Assembly (NCBI GenBank): GCA_012026655.1
Contig: JAAILG010000161.1
Location: 62,001 to 126,000, forward strand
DNA length: 64,000 nt
Direction of reading: 5' to 3'
DNA from: Hydrolagus affinis
Taxonomy: Eukaryota
Positions 1-13,965 of this stretch are shown here, piece after piece; position 1 is the first letter of the stretch, and the number at the start of each line of letters is the position of its first letter. The notes below the pieces were generated by a model. That model ran no database searches and was not told the origin of the DNA. It saw nothing but the letters and a program-made list of their open reading frames with translations. A program made the position numbers and the translations under genes.

Positions 1-234
1 CTATTTTTATATATACCTGTCACATAGGAAAAATGTGATTCACTTCATTCTACCACCACTGTAATTATTGGGGGGGGAAAAAATATACCTTTGCTCTTCA
101 TTTTTGTTTCAGATTGTTTAGTACAGTATAATCAGGACTGAATCTGCTAATATTCAGATCTGAATCTGATAGTTAATCATTATTTAAACACACAAATTGA
201 TTTCCTTTCATTTTACAGCTGCCACAACAGCAAT

Positions 235-430
235 TTCACTTCTGAGTTAGACGGTTGTGGATTCAAGCTCCACATCAGGGACTTCAAGGTCATAGTCTAG
301 GCTGACACTCCAATGCAGTACAGCGGAGACCACTGCATTGGTGGATTTGCTGTCCTTCGGAGTGACATAAATATGAGGTCCAATCTGCCTAATTAGGTGG
401 ATGTTAAATATCTCATTGTACTGTTCAAAA
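235..430 (+). mobile_element. Old Deu-domain SINE relic (SacSINE1/AmnSINE-like)
   Basis: Blocks gtggattcaagctcc, tctaggctgacactccaatgcagtac, gaggtccaatctgcc and ggtggatgttaaatatctcattg resemble the recalled Deu-SINE central domain. Confidence 0.55.
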
Positions 431-729
431 AGGTGTTGAACTCAGACAGTATGTGATTCTACAATTGTCTTCAGCACCCCAGGATTAGAGAGGGGATAGT
501 TTGGCAGAGCTCACACTCCAATAATAATAATGATAATGTTAGTGTTGACCTGGACATCAAGAGAAACTCCTTCCTCTTTAAGCAAACTAAACCTCGGTTT
601 AGTGTCCCATCGGAAATATGGAATGCTATCCTGGTTGCTATCCAGTGACCCCTGTATATATGGGGGGTCCATCATTATGAGGGGGTGTCAGAAATTAGAA
701 TAGCATCAGAAGGAGACTTTGCTTTTATG

Positions 730-1262
730 GATGTCGCCCTTCCCAAATCTTCCCTCCACAAGCAGAAAATCATCAAGAATCCTTCAGCCTGTGACCTCTC
801 CCATACCAGGCACCATGATCCCATCACCCCACCCTTGCCTGACTTCACTGTCTACCCATCCCCCAGAGGATAGAGTTCCAAATCCTCAACTTCACCTTCA
901 AGGCCTCCATGGTGTTGCCCTTCCTACCTCTGTGACATGCTAACATAACATCAACCTGTCTGCTCCTACCATTCAGCAGGCTCCGGCCTGCTCAATGTCC
1001 CCAGGCCGACCCAGCCTGGCCAGGCCCACCATTGCCGGTTGTACCTTCAGCCTCTCTGCTCCCACCATTTGGAATTCCACTCCCCAGTCCCTTCACCTCA
1101 CTCTCTGTCTTGCTTCCTTTAAAGCAAGTCTCAAGACTCTCCTCTTCAACTATGCATCCAGCTACCCTCCCTGCCTGCCAGTCTGCTTGATCCCAACTCT
1201 CTGCTCAGATACAAATTCCAACATGAAAGGCACTATACAAATGTAATTTGTTGTTGTTATTG
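730..1262 (+). mobile_element. L2-clade LINE 3' fragment
   Basis: ORF2 C-terminal remnant (FSLSAPTIWNS...FKASLKTLLF) ending in tgaaaggcactatacaaatgtaattt(gtt)n. Confidence 0.85.
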
Positions 1263-4200
1263 TTGGCCATTGTCCCATAATGGCCAAAATTCATTGTCTA
1301 GGTCGATGATGATGGCCAATCTTTTTCGTAGACCAACAACATTAATTTTCTTGATCGATTATTTCTTGATTTATGGCAGAAATCAAGAAATATTCAAACA
1401 AGAAAAACCCAGGAACGCACTGCTGATTGAACAGCGACTTATCTTGATGAGTGCAAATGTTGAGGGGGCTGTGTCTTGATGGCACACAGGCTGTGATTTG
1501 CCCAGCACTGGTCTGCAAAACCGACATGAAGAATGGTTTCCTGTACAAGGCAATAGGGGGAATTTCACAGCAAAACAAACCACTTTCACTCAAGGAAAAT
1601 GTAACAATTGGAGTCAAAATATATATCTATATAATTCAGAAGATAATTATTTCCTATTAATTAAAATCATATATTAATCATTATTTTGCTTTCATGCATT
1701 TCTCAAGTACTCCCTCCCCCACACCCAACAAACCAATCATTTAGGAATTTACTTTCCATGAAAGCAGTTTTGCTTTAAATAACATCTTGTTTAAAATAAA
1801 TGAAAAAGTGCTAGACTAATAACAGTCCGTGCTGAGAAGCTTTGAGGAAGCAAGGATCACGTTACACTATCTAACCTACATTGAGAGTAATGACACGAAT
1901 TTAGAAGATGTTTGCCAGACCACGTTTATTCTGTTGCTTTGCGGATTAAGCAACCTGAGCAGCTTGTTACTTATTTAGCTGATCTCTGCAGACAAGAGTT
2001 CCCTCCACTTAAAATAACACTGAAGCCATGAGCAAGCGAAAGTAGACTGTAGCTTACGAAAATAAGCTTTATAGAAAAAAAAACTGCCCTTGTTGCCACG
2101 GGCAATATATGGACTAAGTAATCAAGTAGCAATTTGCTTTAAACACACCAAAAATTCATCAATGCTGCAATGCAACCAAGCATTCATATGAGCTATGACA
2201 GTAATGTCCCATGTGAATATTTGGACTGCTCACTTGCACGCACAGAAAATCCAATGGTTTATAAATCATCGTGGGAGCCTAATGATCATTTAACAACCAG
2301 GTTAATTTTAAAAAACATCTATCCTGCCAGAGTTCAAGTGGAGGTGCCACAGCTTACATTTTAAGCATGATGGCTGACAGCCCTATATTGTAGGGTTCGT
2401 TGAATTTCACTGTTGACGTGTTCTGATGGCTAAAAGTGAGTTGTTACCCGGGTCAGTATGATGCCCATAGCAACAATTTACTCTTCTATAGCACTCATGG
2501 CTGGTCTCTCTTTGGTGAAATTAATTTTACTGTCATCAGTCACTCGTGAACAGAAAGTACGAAGCACAAAGTAATATTTGGATTACTCATCTTCAGAAAT
2601 AGGACCTTCCAGAACAATGATTGTCAAAAACTCTTTGTTCTCGAAAGACAGGAAAAACTCCAGTCAGATGTAAGTGAGGTGAAGGAAGGTCAGGTAGTTA
2701 ATTGGAGCCTAGCGTTGAATGAAAATCAGTTCATAGATTTCCCTAACCTTTGAAGCCCTAAATACTTATTTTAAATGTCGCCTGATAAACGCAGTACTAC
2801 AGAATTCCAAGCACATTACAGTGCTGCTAAAATGAAGCTGGAATTCACCAACTATAAATTTGGCACATTGTTAGGATGCATTAGTTATAACAAACATGCT
2901 TTCATTCAATAAAACAATTTTGAAAAATTATTCCAATTACATATAGTTTGCAAGTTTTATTTGCATTAATAATGTGTTTTTGTTACTGAAAAACATATTT
3001 ACCCTTGAATTAACCATTCAGTTATTCACCCTTAAATGTCAAAGCTCAACGCTTGACACACATTCATTAGTCCATGCAAAACATAAAAGGTTGCAAATAA
3101 TAGGCCGCTATTTAGATAAATGCCTTAAGACTGTATGTGTTTTACTGCAACCTTTACAAATGATTCAGTCAAGAAACCACAGGGTGGTTCTCAGTTACCA
3201 CTGTCGTAAAGCAGGGAGCTTGCTTGAACACTGAACACTGTTTCATGCATTTTAAATCCATTTTGTACATTAAGGTAGATACACTTTGTCCTCTTATTAA
3301 AGCAAGACGTGTCAGCCATTACCATTGTAAAGTGTGGTCATCCTAATCCAATTAGGTATGTACTTTTTAAAGCAGTTCCATATACAGTACTGTTTGTAGA
3401 ATTCCCCACAATTTGTAGCTGAAAGCACAAATAAATCAGTCCATCTTTCCTACTCAGTCAATTTTCCACCATTTTCTTTTGATATATTCATCTCTGAAAC
3501 TAATGACCCTGAGTACTTTTAGCCGACATGTTTCTTTTGTAATTACTCGTTACCATTCCTTGTCATCTGCCAAACATGCCTATCACTCTGTTACTTAACA
3601 AAGCAGACATTTAAAAATATATATTTTCTGTGGTTCTTATTCAGAAGATATCTCAAAGTCATGATAAAGCCCTGTATCAAATGTGATGCCTTATGTTGTT
3701 GAGACATCTCAAAGTGCTTTATGGAATATATTGTAAAGTGGATTAACTGTGTATTTGGTTCTCAACTATTAAAGATTATTGTAGAAATTGATTTAAAGGT
3801 ATAGAATTTGTTACCTCATCAAAATGGTCAAACCAGTCTAACTCCTTTGTACACATTTTCACTAATTGCCATTATTAAAGCCATTTTTGGTGGTGCATTT
3901 CTCTTCTGAACAAATTTACTAAAGAGAAGTGAAGCTTCTGAAGCTAAAGTGAGAAGTAATTATTGAATCTGGTTTTTCTGATATCAAAGTGTGGTCTGCT
4001 AAATACTGGCCTATTTAAAACTTTGTTGATACCAATTGTTTTTTCAACCTTTGATGTTGCTTTTATAATTCTGAAATCAAGACTTGGTAGCAGTTTTTAT
4101 ACTTACTGGTCAAACAATACTTCAAAGGTTTTTTATAAGGTTTGAAATAAGACCCATCACTCAAGTGTTTTCTTTTCTTTGAAAGCCTGGTGGTATTAAG

Positions 4201-4553
4201 CTCCAAACGAAATGTATTTTTGGAGAGATGAAAACTTCTGAATTATGTACTGAAGTTCTGTACTGTCTAACTTTTAAGTAGGTCTACATTTTCACTACAT
4301 GCCAATATAAGGAAACTATAATGGATGCATTTATTTACACTGAGGTTATAATTGATAAAAATTATTGGCACCTAAAGAGACCCAGAAGGTCCCATTATGT
4401 TACCAACTGATGTCTGCGTCAGCTGATTAATTGGAAAGAAAATATATTGTTGGGGCTATCCATCTATCACAACTAATGAATGTAATTTAAACCTACTGGC
4501 TTTTCGTGCTTTTGAATTGTGATTTTTTATACTTTGAATAATTTCCCTTTCAG

Positions 4554-4676
4554 GGGAAAATCCATGTCGAGGCCACACTGGTGGGTGCAGCAGTCTGTGT
4601 TTGCTAATTCCTGGAGGCAGAGTATGTGCCTGTGCTGATGGTCAATATTTGGATGAGGATGGTGTCACCTGCAAAT
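4554..4676 (+). CDS. LRP1B: LRP1B-like exon (~15): EGF-like repeat before cluster II
   Basis: tttcag| acceptor and |gtaagt donor, phase 1-1. Translates [40 protein letters not shown]. Confidence 0.92.
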
Positions 4677-5629
4677 GTAAGTTCCCTAGTGAATTTAACT
4701 TTCCATTTCTTCTCATTCCAGTTTTCTGAAGGGTTATTATTTCAAGCCATTTTTTCTATCATGCTTTATTTCTGCTTTATTCTGTTTTGGAATACCAATG
4801 GTTCTTTCTTAAAGATGTGATAATAATAATATTCTTTACACACAACATAGCACATTTCATGTCTGGATGACATTTCAAAGCACTTCAAGATATACTATAA
4901 AGTGGAATGATTGTGCATTTTACTTAGGGAATTGTTGGCCTGACCAGCAGGAGAATATCCCCTTCTCTTAATAAAGACTGCCATGGGATCTTTAAGATCG
5001 AACCATGTTTCCCAAAGGAGAAGTTCTTGACAACTTCTAGACATACCAAAGTTAGCATTGAGTGACCTGACAGTCTTCTTTACTAATTATTGGCCATATT
5101 TTACGATGGAACTAGATTAGAGAGAACTTCAGCAGTCGCTGTGATTGACTGCAGTGGAGCAGTGCTACATTCTATTTACTTTAAATAAAAGTACAGTATT
5201 CATTTATAATCTTTTGGATTTTCAGATATCAAGATAACCCCCAGAAACTATTTCAACATTAGTCTAACTGGTGACCAATACTTATATCCCCTTAACAAGA
5301 AGTTTCTGATGTTGTACTAATTTGGGTAAATTGTATACACCCAATTTGATTAATAATCTACACTGCTCATGAATACAACAATCCAGCTGGAGAGTGCATG
5401 TGCATCAATGAGTCAGATCAGTTGCCACCATTCAGTGCAGTGTGGTAGTGGTGCTACGAGTTAGGAGATGATTTGCTTTATAAAATATGACCATTATAAC
5501 TAAATCTAAGTGTTTTGGGGTTAGGAAACTGAATTGGACCCGGTGCATGTATGACTTAGGCGATTATACAATTTCTAAGGATAAAACTTATGCCAGTTTT
5601 ACTGCAATTTTATGATGCAATTTACTTAG

Positions 5630-5697
5630 AACAACAACAACTTCAATTTATATAGCACCCTCCATGCTGGATGACGTCTCAGAGTGCTTCACAATAA
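5630..5697 (-). mobile_element. L2 family-B 3' tail-only fragment
   Basis: (aac)n-ttcaatttatatagcaccctccatgctggatgacgtctcagagtgcttcac; homologous to 19615, 35465 and 49451. Confidence 0.75.
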
Positions 5698-6095
5698 CGG
5701 GAAGGAGGAAAATGGTGACAGAATAAAGTCTTCTTCAAACAATTCACATTGTTTTCCCCTTCCTGCTACTACATTGTATTTCTCAGAGTTTGAGACTCCC
5801 TCACTCCCACTTCTCAAAACTCAAGTCCCGAGTCACAATTTTCTACATATAGTATCTACACAAGGACATTAGATACAGGTAAAACAGTCACTATTTGTTT
5901 CTATCAAGGTTACAAAGGTACTCAGCAGAATTTCATTTTAAAAGCTACACATGCTCAGTAATATCCTTTATAAGCAAAATCCATAACAGCATATTAACCA
6001 AATCTAATATTAACTCAGCCAAATCTAATGGTTTATAATGTTAAAGTGATTACAAATATTTGTTCCATAAAAAAAAAGCTTAGCAATAGTATCCA

Positions 6096-6726
6096 TCTAT
6101 ACTAACAAAGATGAAATGTCTATCTGTCTGTTTGTCAGTCTACCCAACAATCATGCAATAACCGTAGATTGACATAGATAGATGATTTTAGACCTCATCA
6201 GAAAGGTCTTGAATCTGGCAGTGTCTTGGGCATTTTGGGGGGAGATCTCCTATCGTTGATAAGCTATATTAAAAACGCTATATTAATTAAGCCCCCAAAT
6301 ATGAGGTCTGCATCATATTCTGCAACTACGTAGCAACAGAGCAAAGCACACACTGTTCATAGAGATATATCTATGTTCTACAACAAATGTTTTGGACATT
6401 TTTCGGGTTGTTATTGGAGCTGGAGTCTTTCCATGTGGTACAGACAAAGAGAGAGACTGAGATAGTGAGTGAGACAGACAGATCTGGAGAGAGAATATAT
6501 TATGAAGTGTGGTGACTGTGTGCTTTGTGGGAGAGCATGAGAAAGACTGAGAGAAAGAGAGAGAGAGAGAGATTGAAAGAGACTCTTGAGAGAAAATATC
6601 CCATAGGAGTCCTCCCAGCTGAGTATAGATAGAGACAAAATGTCTGTATGGGTGCCTTCTGTATGTCAATATAAATTCCATATTGCATCCTTTGGTTACA
6701 ATTGAAGCTGCAACGAGCACAGCTAG
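6096..6726 (+). mobile_element. Probable non-autonomous Helitron
   Basis: Starts A|TCTATACTAACAAAG...tgtctatctgtctgtttgtc and ends gcaacgagcacagCTAG|T. Inserted between A and T, no TSD, internal (GA)-rich tract. Confidence 0.55.
6440..6595. repeat. Degenerate (GA)n microsatellite
   Basis: gagagagactgaga...gagaaagagagagagagagaga. Confidence 0.7.
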
Positions 6727-8283
6727 TATCTCTCTTGCCCTCCATATATACTGTATTATATTCCCATGAAGCATCATACAACTCATCATACAAAGCACCA
6801 AGAACAACTCACCCAGGATTTTCAGTGCGGAAATATCTCTCTTGTTTTCACATTATTAAGTTCAGCTCTAATTGAATCATTAATAATAATTATAATAGAA
6901 AGAATATTCTCCAGCTTTTGATACAGTGGTTTGTGATATCCTGAATCACTTCACGGAAGCAAATTGACTGTATATTTTGTGGGTGAAACAAGATTAATGG
7001 AAAGAATTGAATCTGTTTCCATTTTTGTATTTCATTTCACGATTGGAATATAATGTGATTGGGTGGGGTAATTGACACACTATATCTGCTCCCCTGTTGC
7101 GTCTAACAAATACATATAAAATAATAGGGAAGACAAGGAAAGTCTGATAGTCACTGATATGTGTGCAGATCTCTTTCCTTCATCCATTTACGATGTTGGG
7201 AAATTCAGCAGATTGTATGTTCCTTTAAACTTGGAGGGAAATGACTCACAGATGTTTGCTATTTCTGGCCTCAGTATTGTTTTACCAATACTGAGCTCAA
7301 ATAGGAAATCCAAAGCACAAACGTTTGAAAAGTAATAATTCCTAAAGTTGAAAAGCTATCCTGGAGCTATCCTTGAGGGGCCCCATTGAGAATTAACCAT
7401 TGAGATTTTTCATATTCCCACATATGTTTAATGGGCACTGCTGAGACATGAAGCTATGGCTAGAGCAGGGTTCTCTAATCAGAGTCTATCCAATGTAATG
7501 ACTATCCAGCTGTCTTTTGCAACTTCCTGACTGAGGCAAAACATTTGGGAATGATTCAGAGAATGCTGTAAAAATACGAATCTCATGAACACATGCAACA
7601 ATTGAGGCTTACATGTTTTGACACATATTAGTTTGGGACAGCCAGTCCCAACTGAATAACGTGTCATAATGTTTTAATTTATACATAAATAACATTTAGC
7701 ATATTTGATTGAGATTTCAATGTTGGATGTCCGATAGTTTAGTAGATTGCGAGATTGTGACTCTATTCCATGCAAGACCTCTACTGATGAGAAGCCTGTC
7801 TGATCCCAGGGCCTTGCAACGTCCTCCAGACATGAAAGGCAACGATACAAATGTAATTCTGTATTGTATCTGCAAGTCTACAGACTCCTTATGCCTGCCA
7901 GTGAACAAACCCGTCAAGTTAAATACATTGTTCCTGACTTGCCTTTCCTAAATCTGATCTCTGTGGCACTGAACCCAAAGCATATAATGTAAAATAAATC
8001 CCATTAGAGCAATGTTGAAAAAATTGAGGCAAGACCCAGTCACACAGGATAGATATAGTTGACAACTAGGTCCCGTGGTCTCCCCTCTGTCTCAACCTAG
8101 CAGTTAACATTTATTTACAACTATAATAACAATAGGTACAACAGAGAAATTCTGTAATAAATATGGAAAGGTATTCCAATGCCAAAGTTAATGAAATGCA
8201 TGTTGACTTTAAGCATCACAACCCATTAGAATTGCTCACCACCTAGTGTTAGAATGCACCTTGCTGGAGTCGGTCATTTGTTT

Positions 8284-8578
8284 AGTACTGTAGCTCAGTG
8301 TTTAGAGCACTCGCCTAACAAGCGAGAGACCTGGGTTTCATTCCAGACAGGGCGAAAGTTTCCTTACTCGACACTGATAATAATCCCTCAAGAAAAATAT
8401 AATAAATTGTTAATTTCAATCCACGACTGTTTGTGGGACACTGCTGTGCGCAATTCACTGCCATGTTTCGCCCATAAATACAGAGTCAAATCACTTTACA
8501 GCATATTCTATGAAGCATTTTGAGCTGCCTAGAAGACGTGAAAAGCGCTATAGCAAATGCAAAGATCATTATTGTTAT
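8284..8578 (+). mobile_element. tRNA-derived SINE, near full length
   Basis: A-box tagctcagtg, degenerate B-box, body tgtttgtgggacactgctgtgcgcaatt, tail gtgaaaagcgctata..aaatgcaa-(att)n. Confidence 0.85.
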
Positions 8579-9004
8579 TTCTCCATGTGCGATTCTTTCA
8601 TTTTGCCTTCCAAACTGTGAGCAATAGTCTGCAAACCTGGATTTCACTGCCATTCTAGACATCTGTCAAGGTTACTAAACATATTTATTTATCTTATCCT
8701 TTTTCTCACCTCTTCCTTTCCTGAAGGCACAGACTCTTTACTGGGATACTATTTCACACTGGTACTATCGAAACATAGAAAGTTACAACATAGAAAATGG
8801 ATCTTCATCCCAACGTGCCTGCTGGCTCCCTAAACCTTTCAGTCCCTTTACCTGCCCTGTCCTCATACATCTGTTGCTATTTTGTCTGCAACAACTTGCA
8901 TTTAGATAGCGCTCTTCATCAAGGTGGCCGTCTTTCAGATGGTTTCAGGCTATTTGCTGCATCCAAATATACACACACACACACTCCAGGAAAGGGGAGG
9001 GTTC

Positions 9005-9414
9005 AAATAATAAAATAATAATAATTTGGTCACTCAATCCACGACTGTTTGTGGGACACCGCTGTGCGTAATTGGCTGCAAAATTTTGTCCACAAAATAT
9101 CCATTCCTGAAGTTTAGAGTTCCGTAGCTCAGTGGTTAGAGTACTCTGCTTACAAATGGGAAAACTGGGTTTGATTCCAGGGTGAAATCTCAGGCAAGTT
9201 TCCTTACTCCACATGTCTACTAATCATCCCTCAAAACTTAATTTTCAGTCCACTATTGTTTGTTTGACATTGCTGTGTGCAATTTACTGTCACGTTTCGC
9301 CCACAAAATATACAGTCAATTCACTTTACAGTCTATTCTGTGAAGCACTTTGGATGTCTAAAAGATGTGAAAAGCGCCACATCAAATGCAAGGATTAGGA
9401 TTATTATTATTATT
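9005..9414 (+). mobile_element. SINE body fragment (9005-9100) followed by a near-complete SINE (9116-9414)
   Basis: Same head, body and tail motifs as the 8284 copy. Confidence 0.8.
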
Positions 9415-10755
9415 AAGCCACTTGAGGCTACAATTGGCTAATTTAGCAATCGCTAGTATAAGTTTTAAGGTTTAGTGGACATGTTTCCCTGATTTTGTAA
9501 AGAATCATTTCTTTCAACCAACACGTTTATGGTTCAGTGCTTGAACCTCTGAAACTGAAATGACTGATCATGGCCAAGTGAACTGAACTGTGATATTAAC
9601 CAATGCTCATTATAGTTGTTTGTATAGCAGGGTTATTTGCAGACAGATAATTCTCAACCCTCTGAATTGAAGGACCCATGTAAAAGCATCTAAAATTCAT
9701 TGCTCAGATCTCATTATTCGAAGAATCTACAACAACTTACCAGAGATAAAACTACAGATAAAACCAGGCTACAACGAGGGCTACTCATGCAGTTCTCAGA
9801 AATATATCCAATATTACAGCCATTTTTTTTCTTTTTGTGGCAAATGAATATAGCTACTATTTCAGAAAATTACATTTGACTGTGATTTTCTTGCAGCAAA
9901 AGGACCAAAATTCATTTCCTATGAATGATTTTTCTGCTGTCGGCACTGGCATTTTTGGGGGGAATAATATAACCTTTTGTAATCATTGCTGTGTTAAAAC
10001 TGCCCCAAGCTAGGACCTGTAATCCAATATAATTATATAACACTAGAGAACCTTAAAGATCATGCTTGTCCTCTAATGTCAAACACATACATCAACTGAA
10101 CTACCAATTGCAAAAGCAAAACTTAAACTAATATTAGGGCTCCATTGAACTTTCTATGAACTGAAACCCACATCTGAGTTACCAGTTGCAGCATGGTCCT
10201 TTTCTTTTTACCTGTTTGAAGTCTTTCTGTTACAGAGGTGCTGAGGACATTTGCAAAGTCTTAGTAGTGCAGAAGCAGCGAGAGCCATGCTGTTATCTGA
10301 ACGGCACAGTGAAAAGCTTTGAAGTTGCTGTGATAATCATTTTGAGTAAACCATGGGACTTCATTCAAATCATGTTTTTCAGACAGTCGTCAAGTTTTTC
10401 TGTTATTGTGCAATGAAAGAGAGAAAGTTATCCAGCAGAGCTGCTCCACATTATTTCACTGCTTTAGAAATTACGATTCTGCTTTAAATTGAAATTACAA
10501 ACTGTCAATATATTACGCTCCAGTCTGCATTCTCAGTTTATTTTTTTACTGACTTCCTCATCTTTCACCTCCAATTTTCTCTCCACCTCTCTTAAAGCAA
10601 ATTGACTCCTGTCACCTTCTACTGGAGTATGACTTTGCAGACACTGATGCACATTTTCAGCAGTATTTATGCTTTGATTTTGTTCTCGACCCTGGGGTGA
10701 AATGTGCAAGAGATGCCTGAATCAGATTGCAACACTCCTGTGCTGTGGAGCCAAT

Positions 10756-11063
10756 AGTAATACTAATAATAATCCTTGCATTTGATGTAGTGCTTTTCAT
10801 GTCTTCTAGACGTCTCAAAGCTCTTCACAGAATATACTGTAAAGTGAATTGACTGTATATTTGTGGGAGAAATGCGGCAGCCAATTGCACACAGCTGTAT
10901 CCCACAAACAGTTGTGGATTGAAATGACCAATTTTTTTTTTTTTTTGGGGGGACCGATTATTACTAGCCATGTGGAGTAATGTTTTGCCCTGACCTGCCT
11001 GGATTCGAACACAGGTCTCACGCTTGTAAGGCGAGTGCTCTAACCATTAAGCTACAGGACTCC
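10756..11063 (-). mobile_element. tRNA-derived SINE, full length, antisense
   Basis: Reverse complement of the family: aatccttgcatttgat ... ggattcgaacacaggtctcacgcttgtaaggcgagtgctctaacc..gctacaggactcc. Confidence 0.85.
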
Positions 11064-11261
11064 ACAATGCTTAATTTCTACACATATAGATTAAGTAGAA
11101 ATAATTCAAATGCTAATCTCACAGCATCATCTTTTTATTTGCGTTATTATACAAATTTACTTTTTTATCATTAAAAGAATAAAACATGAAATGATCTAAA
11201 TGATTTTAATGTTAATTTCTGCATGTTCTCCATTAAGATGTGACTTCCCTCTTATTTTTAA

Positions 11262-11950
11262 TTTGCAATATCGCTAGACTCCGCCACTGCCTCACCCCTC
11301 AGGCTGCCGAAACCCTCGTCCACGCATTCATCATATTAAGGCTCGACTATAGAAATTCCCTCCTCGTCGGCCTTCCTGGTTCTTCCCTTCACAAGCTGCA
11401 GATCATCTGGAACTCTGCAGCTCGTGTCCTCACCGCACCAAGCTCCGCGACCACATCACTCCCACCCTAGCCCGGCTCCATTGGCTCCCCATCCCCCAGA
11501 GGATCGAATTCAAGATCCTCGTCCTCACCTTCAAGGCTATTCACGGCCTTTCCCCCACCCCCCTACTTCTCCGAACTGCTGTCCCCCTAGGAACCTCCCC
11601 ACCTACTCCATTCAGTGGGCTCCGGCTTGCTCCATATCCTCTGTCCGACCCGCCCTACAATGGTGGACAGGCTTTCAGCCTCTCTGCCCCCACACTCTGG
11701 AACTCCATCCCACAGTCCCTTTGCCTCACTCCTTCCCTCGTCTCCTTCTAGGCAGGTCTCAAGATCCTCCTCTTCGACCGCACCTTCTGCTGCCCTCCCA
11801 ACCTCTCTCCCTCCCCTTCTAACTCTCTCCCATCCCTTCCCCCTACCCTTACCCTCTCCCTTGCTTGTGTCCCGTCCTGACTGTTCAGCACCTTGGGACG
11901 TTCTCCCAACGTGAAAGGAGCTCTATGAATGTAATTTTGTTGTTGTTGTT
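11262..11950 (+). mobile_element. L2 LINE 3' fragment
   Basis: NIARLRHCLTPQAAETLVHAFIILRLDYRNSLLVGLP (L2 ORF2 C-terminus) and (gtt)n tail. Confidence 0.9.
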
Positions 11951-12458
11951 GATTACCAATGCATCATGTACATTTTCTTCCATTTGGAGAGTTGGCACAT
12001 CTTTCCACACAAAATTTGTTTCGACACTTATCCAGTGAATGGAGAAATAATTATGTATGTATTTCTTCAGAGACTGCAAAGTCATTCTTTGGTTCTTGAC
12101 GTCCAGGGAGGGTGGGCGTTGAAAATTGCACATCTCACTGAAGAGGTTTGCCCTGTGTTTAATCATTATAGAATCTGTCTGTTTGAGAAAGTACTGAAAT
12201 GGAACTGTCAACTTGGTCAAGGAGGATGAAGTGTTGCTCAATGAGATAAACTGAATTGGTAGAGATTTCTGAAGGTGTAAATTCCTGTTAAAGTGTATAG
12301 CCTTAATGAAAATTTAGGCTTAACCTAGATTTCAATATCATTGTATCTGTTACTTTCTCATCTCATGTGCACTGATTTAATGTACTCAATAGTTGTTGCA
12401 TTTTTCCAAATGATATGTGCATATTGTTATAATGTTTTTTGCTGCATCTTTTTCCTAG

Positions 12459-12599
12459 TAAAGCCAGGCCCTCCCTCTCCTCAGCACTGTCATTTTGAAG
12501 AATTTCCATGTAAAAATGGAAGATGCATTCAAGAACGCTGGAAGTGTGATGGAGAAAATGACTGTTTTGATGGAAGTGATGAAGATCAAGACATCTGTT
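12459..12599 (+). CDS. LRP1B: LRP1B-like exon (~16): LDLa repeat CR3
   Basis: ttcctag| ... |gtaggt. Translates [46 protein letters not shown]. Confidence 0.94.
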
Positions 12600-13361
12600 G
12601 TAGGTTTTGAATCTCATCAGTTCAAACTGCTTGACATGTATAAATCTAAAAGAAATTGAGGATCAATTATACTTTAATGTGTTATATATCTTCTTAATTT
12701 GTTATTCTATGCTTTTTGTTTCTTTTGTAAGATGAGCTGAATTGAAGAAATTAATTCTAGTTTTAAATTGATGCATGGTGAATATATTCAAACATGATTT
12801 AAAAAAATTTAAAGTCAAATTGCTGGGCAAGACATTCTGATGATTTGTGCATTTCTGAAGACTGGCAGCTTAATCAGTCCTTTGAGCACAATGATCCATT
12901 GATGTACTGCAGAGTTATTCCTATACATCTAAAATACTTTAAAATTTATTGTCATAATAGGTTTGTTTTATAAATTTCCTTTTGTCAATTTGCATTTAGA
13001 AAATATAATGCCAGTACTTTGATAACCAACTGGGAGTAATCTAAAAGCAATGAAATTCTGCTTAATAGTTAGGGAAACATTTTACAAATAAATCACAGTT
13101 GAATGTGGCTTTAAAGTTGGTGCTACAAAACCTTAACATTTAACCATATAGCCTACTTCCAATGACAGGCTAAAAGTTATGAGATAATATTTAGAATAGA
13201 AATATCTATGCGTTAGATTTAGCTACATTGAGAATTTTTTTAAAAAAATGCATGACATCCATTGATCCATTTATCCCAGATTATATTAATATTATAAATG
13301 AAAATCATATAATTATTTGTATTTTCGGCGTCAACTGCATAACATAATTATTTTTGTCTAG

Positions 13362-13487
13362 ATAATAGCACTTGTCCTGTTAATCACTTCCGATGCCAAA
13401 ATAATCGTTGCATCCCAAAGAGGTGGCTGTGCGATGGAGCAAACGACTGTGGCAATCATGAAGATGAGTCGAATGAAACTTGTTCAG
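13362..13487 (+). CDS. LRP1B: LRP1B-like exon (~17): LDLa repeat CR4
   Basis: tgtctag| ... |gtaatt. Translates [41 protein letters not shown]. Confidence 0.94.
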
Positions 13488-13965
13488 GTAATTTCTGTGA
13501 CTGAATATGGTGGTGTGTATGCAGCTAATTTTCAACAGTTCCAAGAGGAATTCCTGAATGAATAATCCAATATGGTGCATTCCAGGATCCCGGAATATCA
13601 TGACAAAATCCTCCTTTAGACCCTGTAGTTTGTGTTGGTATTGTATTATTTGTGTTGTTATCTTATTTCTAAATTTGCTGAGGACAACATGAAAGTAAGC
13701 ATTTTTCAGCCTTCGAGCCTTCACTTCAAAACTATTTTTAATCATTTATCATGAGAAGTGCTCCTTCAACGCACATATCCCATCTGAGAAAACATTTAAA
13801 TGGAATCAAGCAAACAGACCACATGAGTGAGAAAAATATATTTCTTGCCTTTATTATTATTTTTGAGAGGATTAAATGGTTATCTTTAAACTAAATAATG
13901 ATGGTTTAATTTCAGTACTATTCTTCATCTATTTTTGCCTGATTTGGGTTTAGGTTTTCAGTAAA

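Noticed and set aside
6313-6807. 164-aa minus-strand ORF and overlapping ORFs
   Set aside because: Low-complexity translation of the (GA)n tract inside the putative Helitron.
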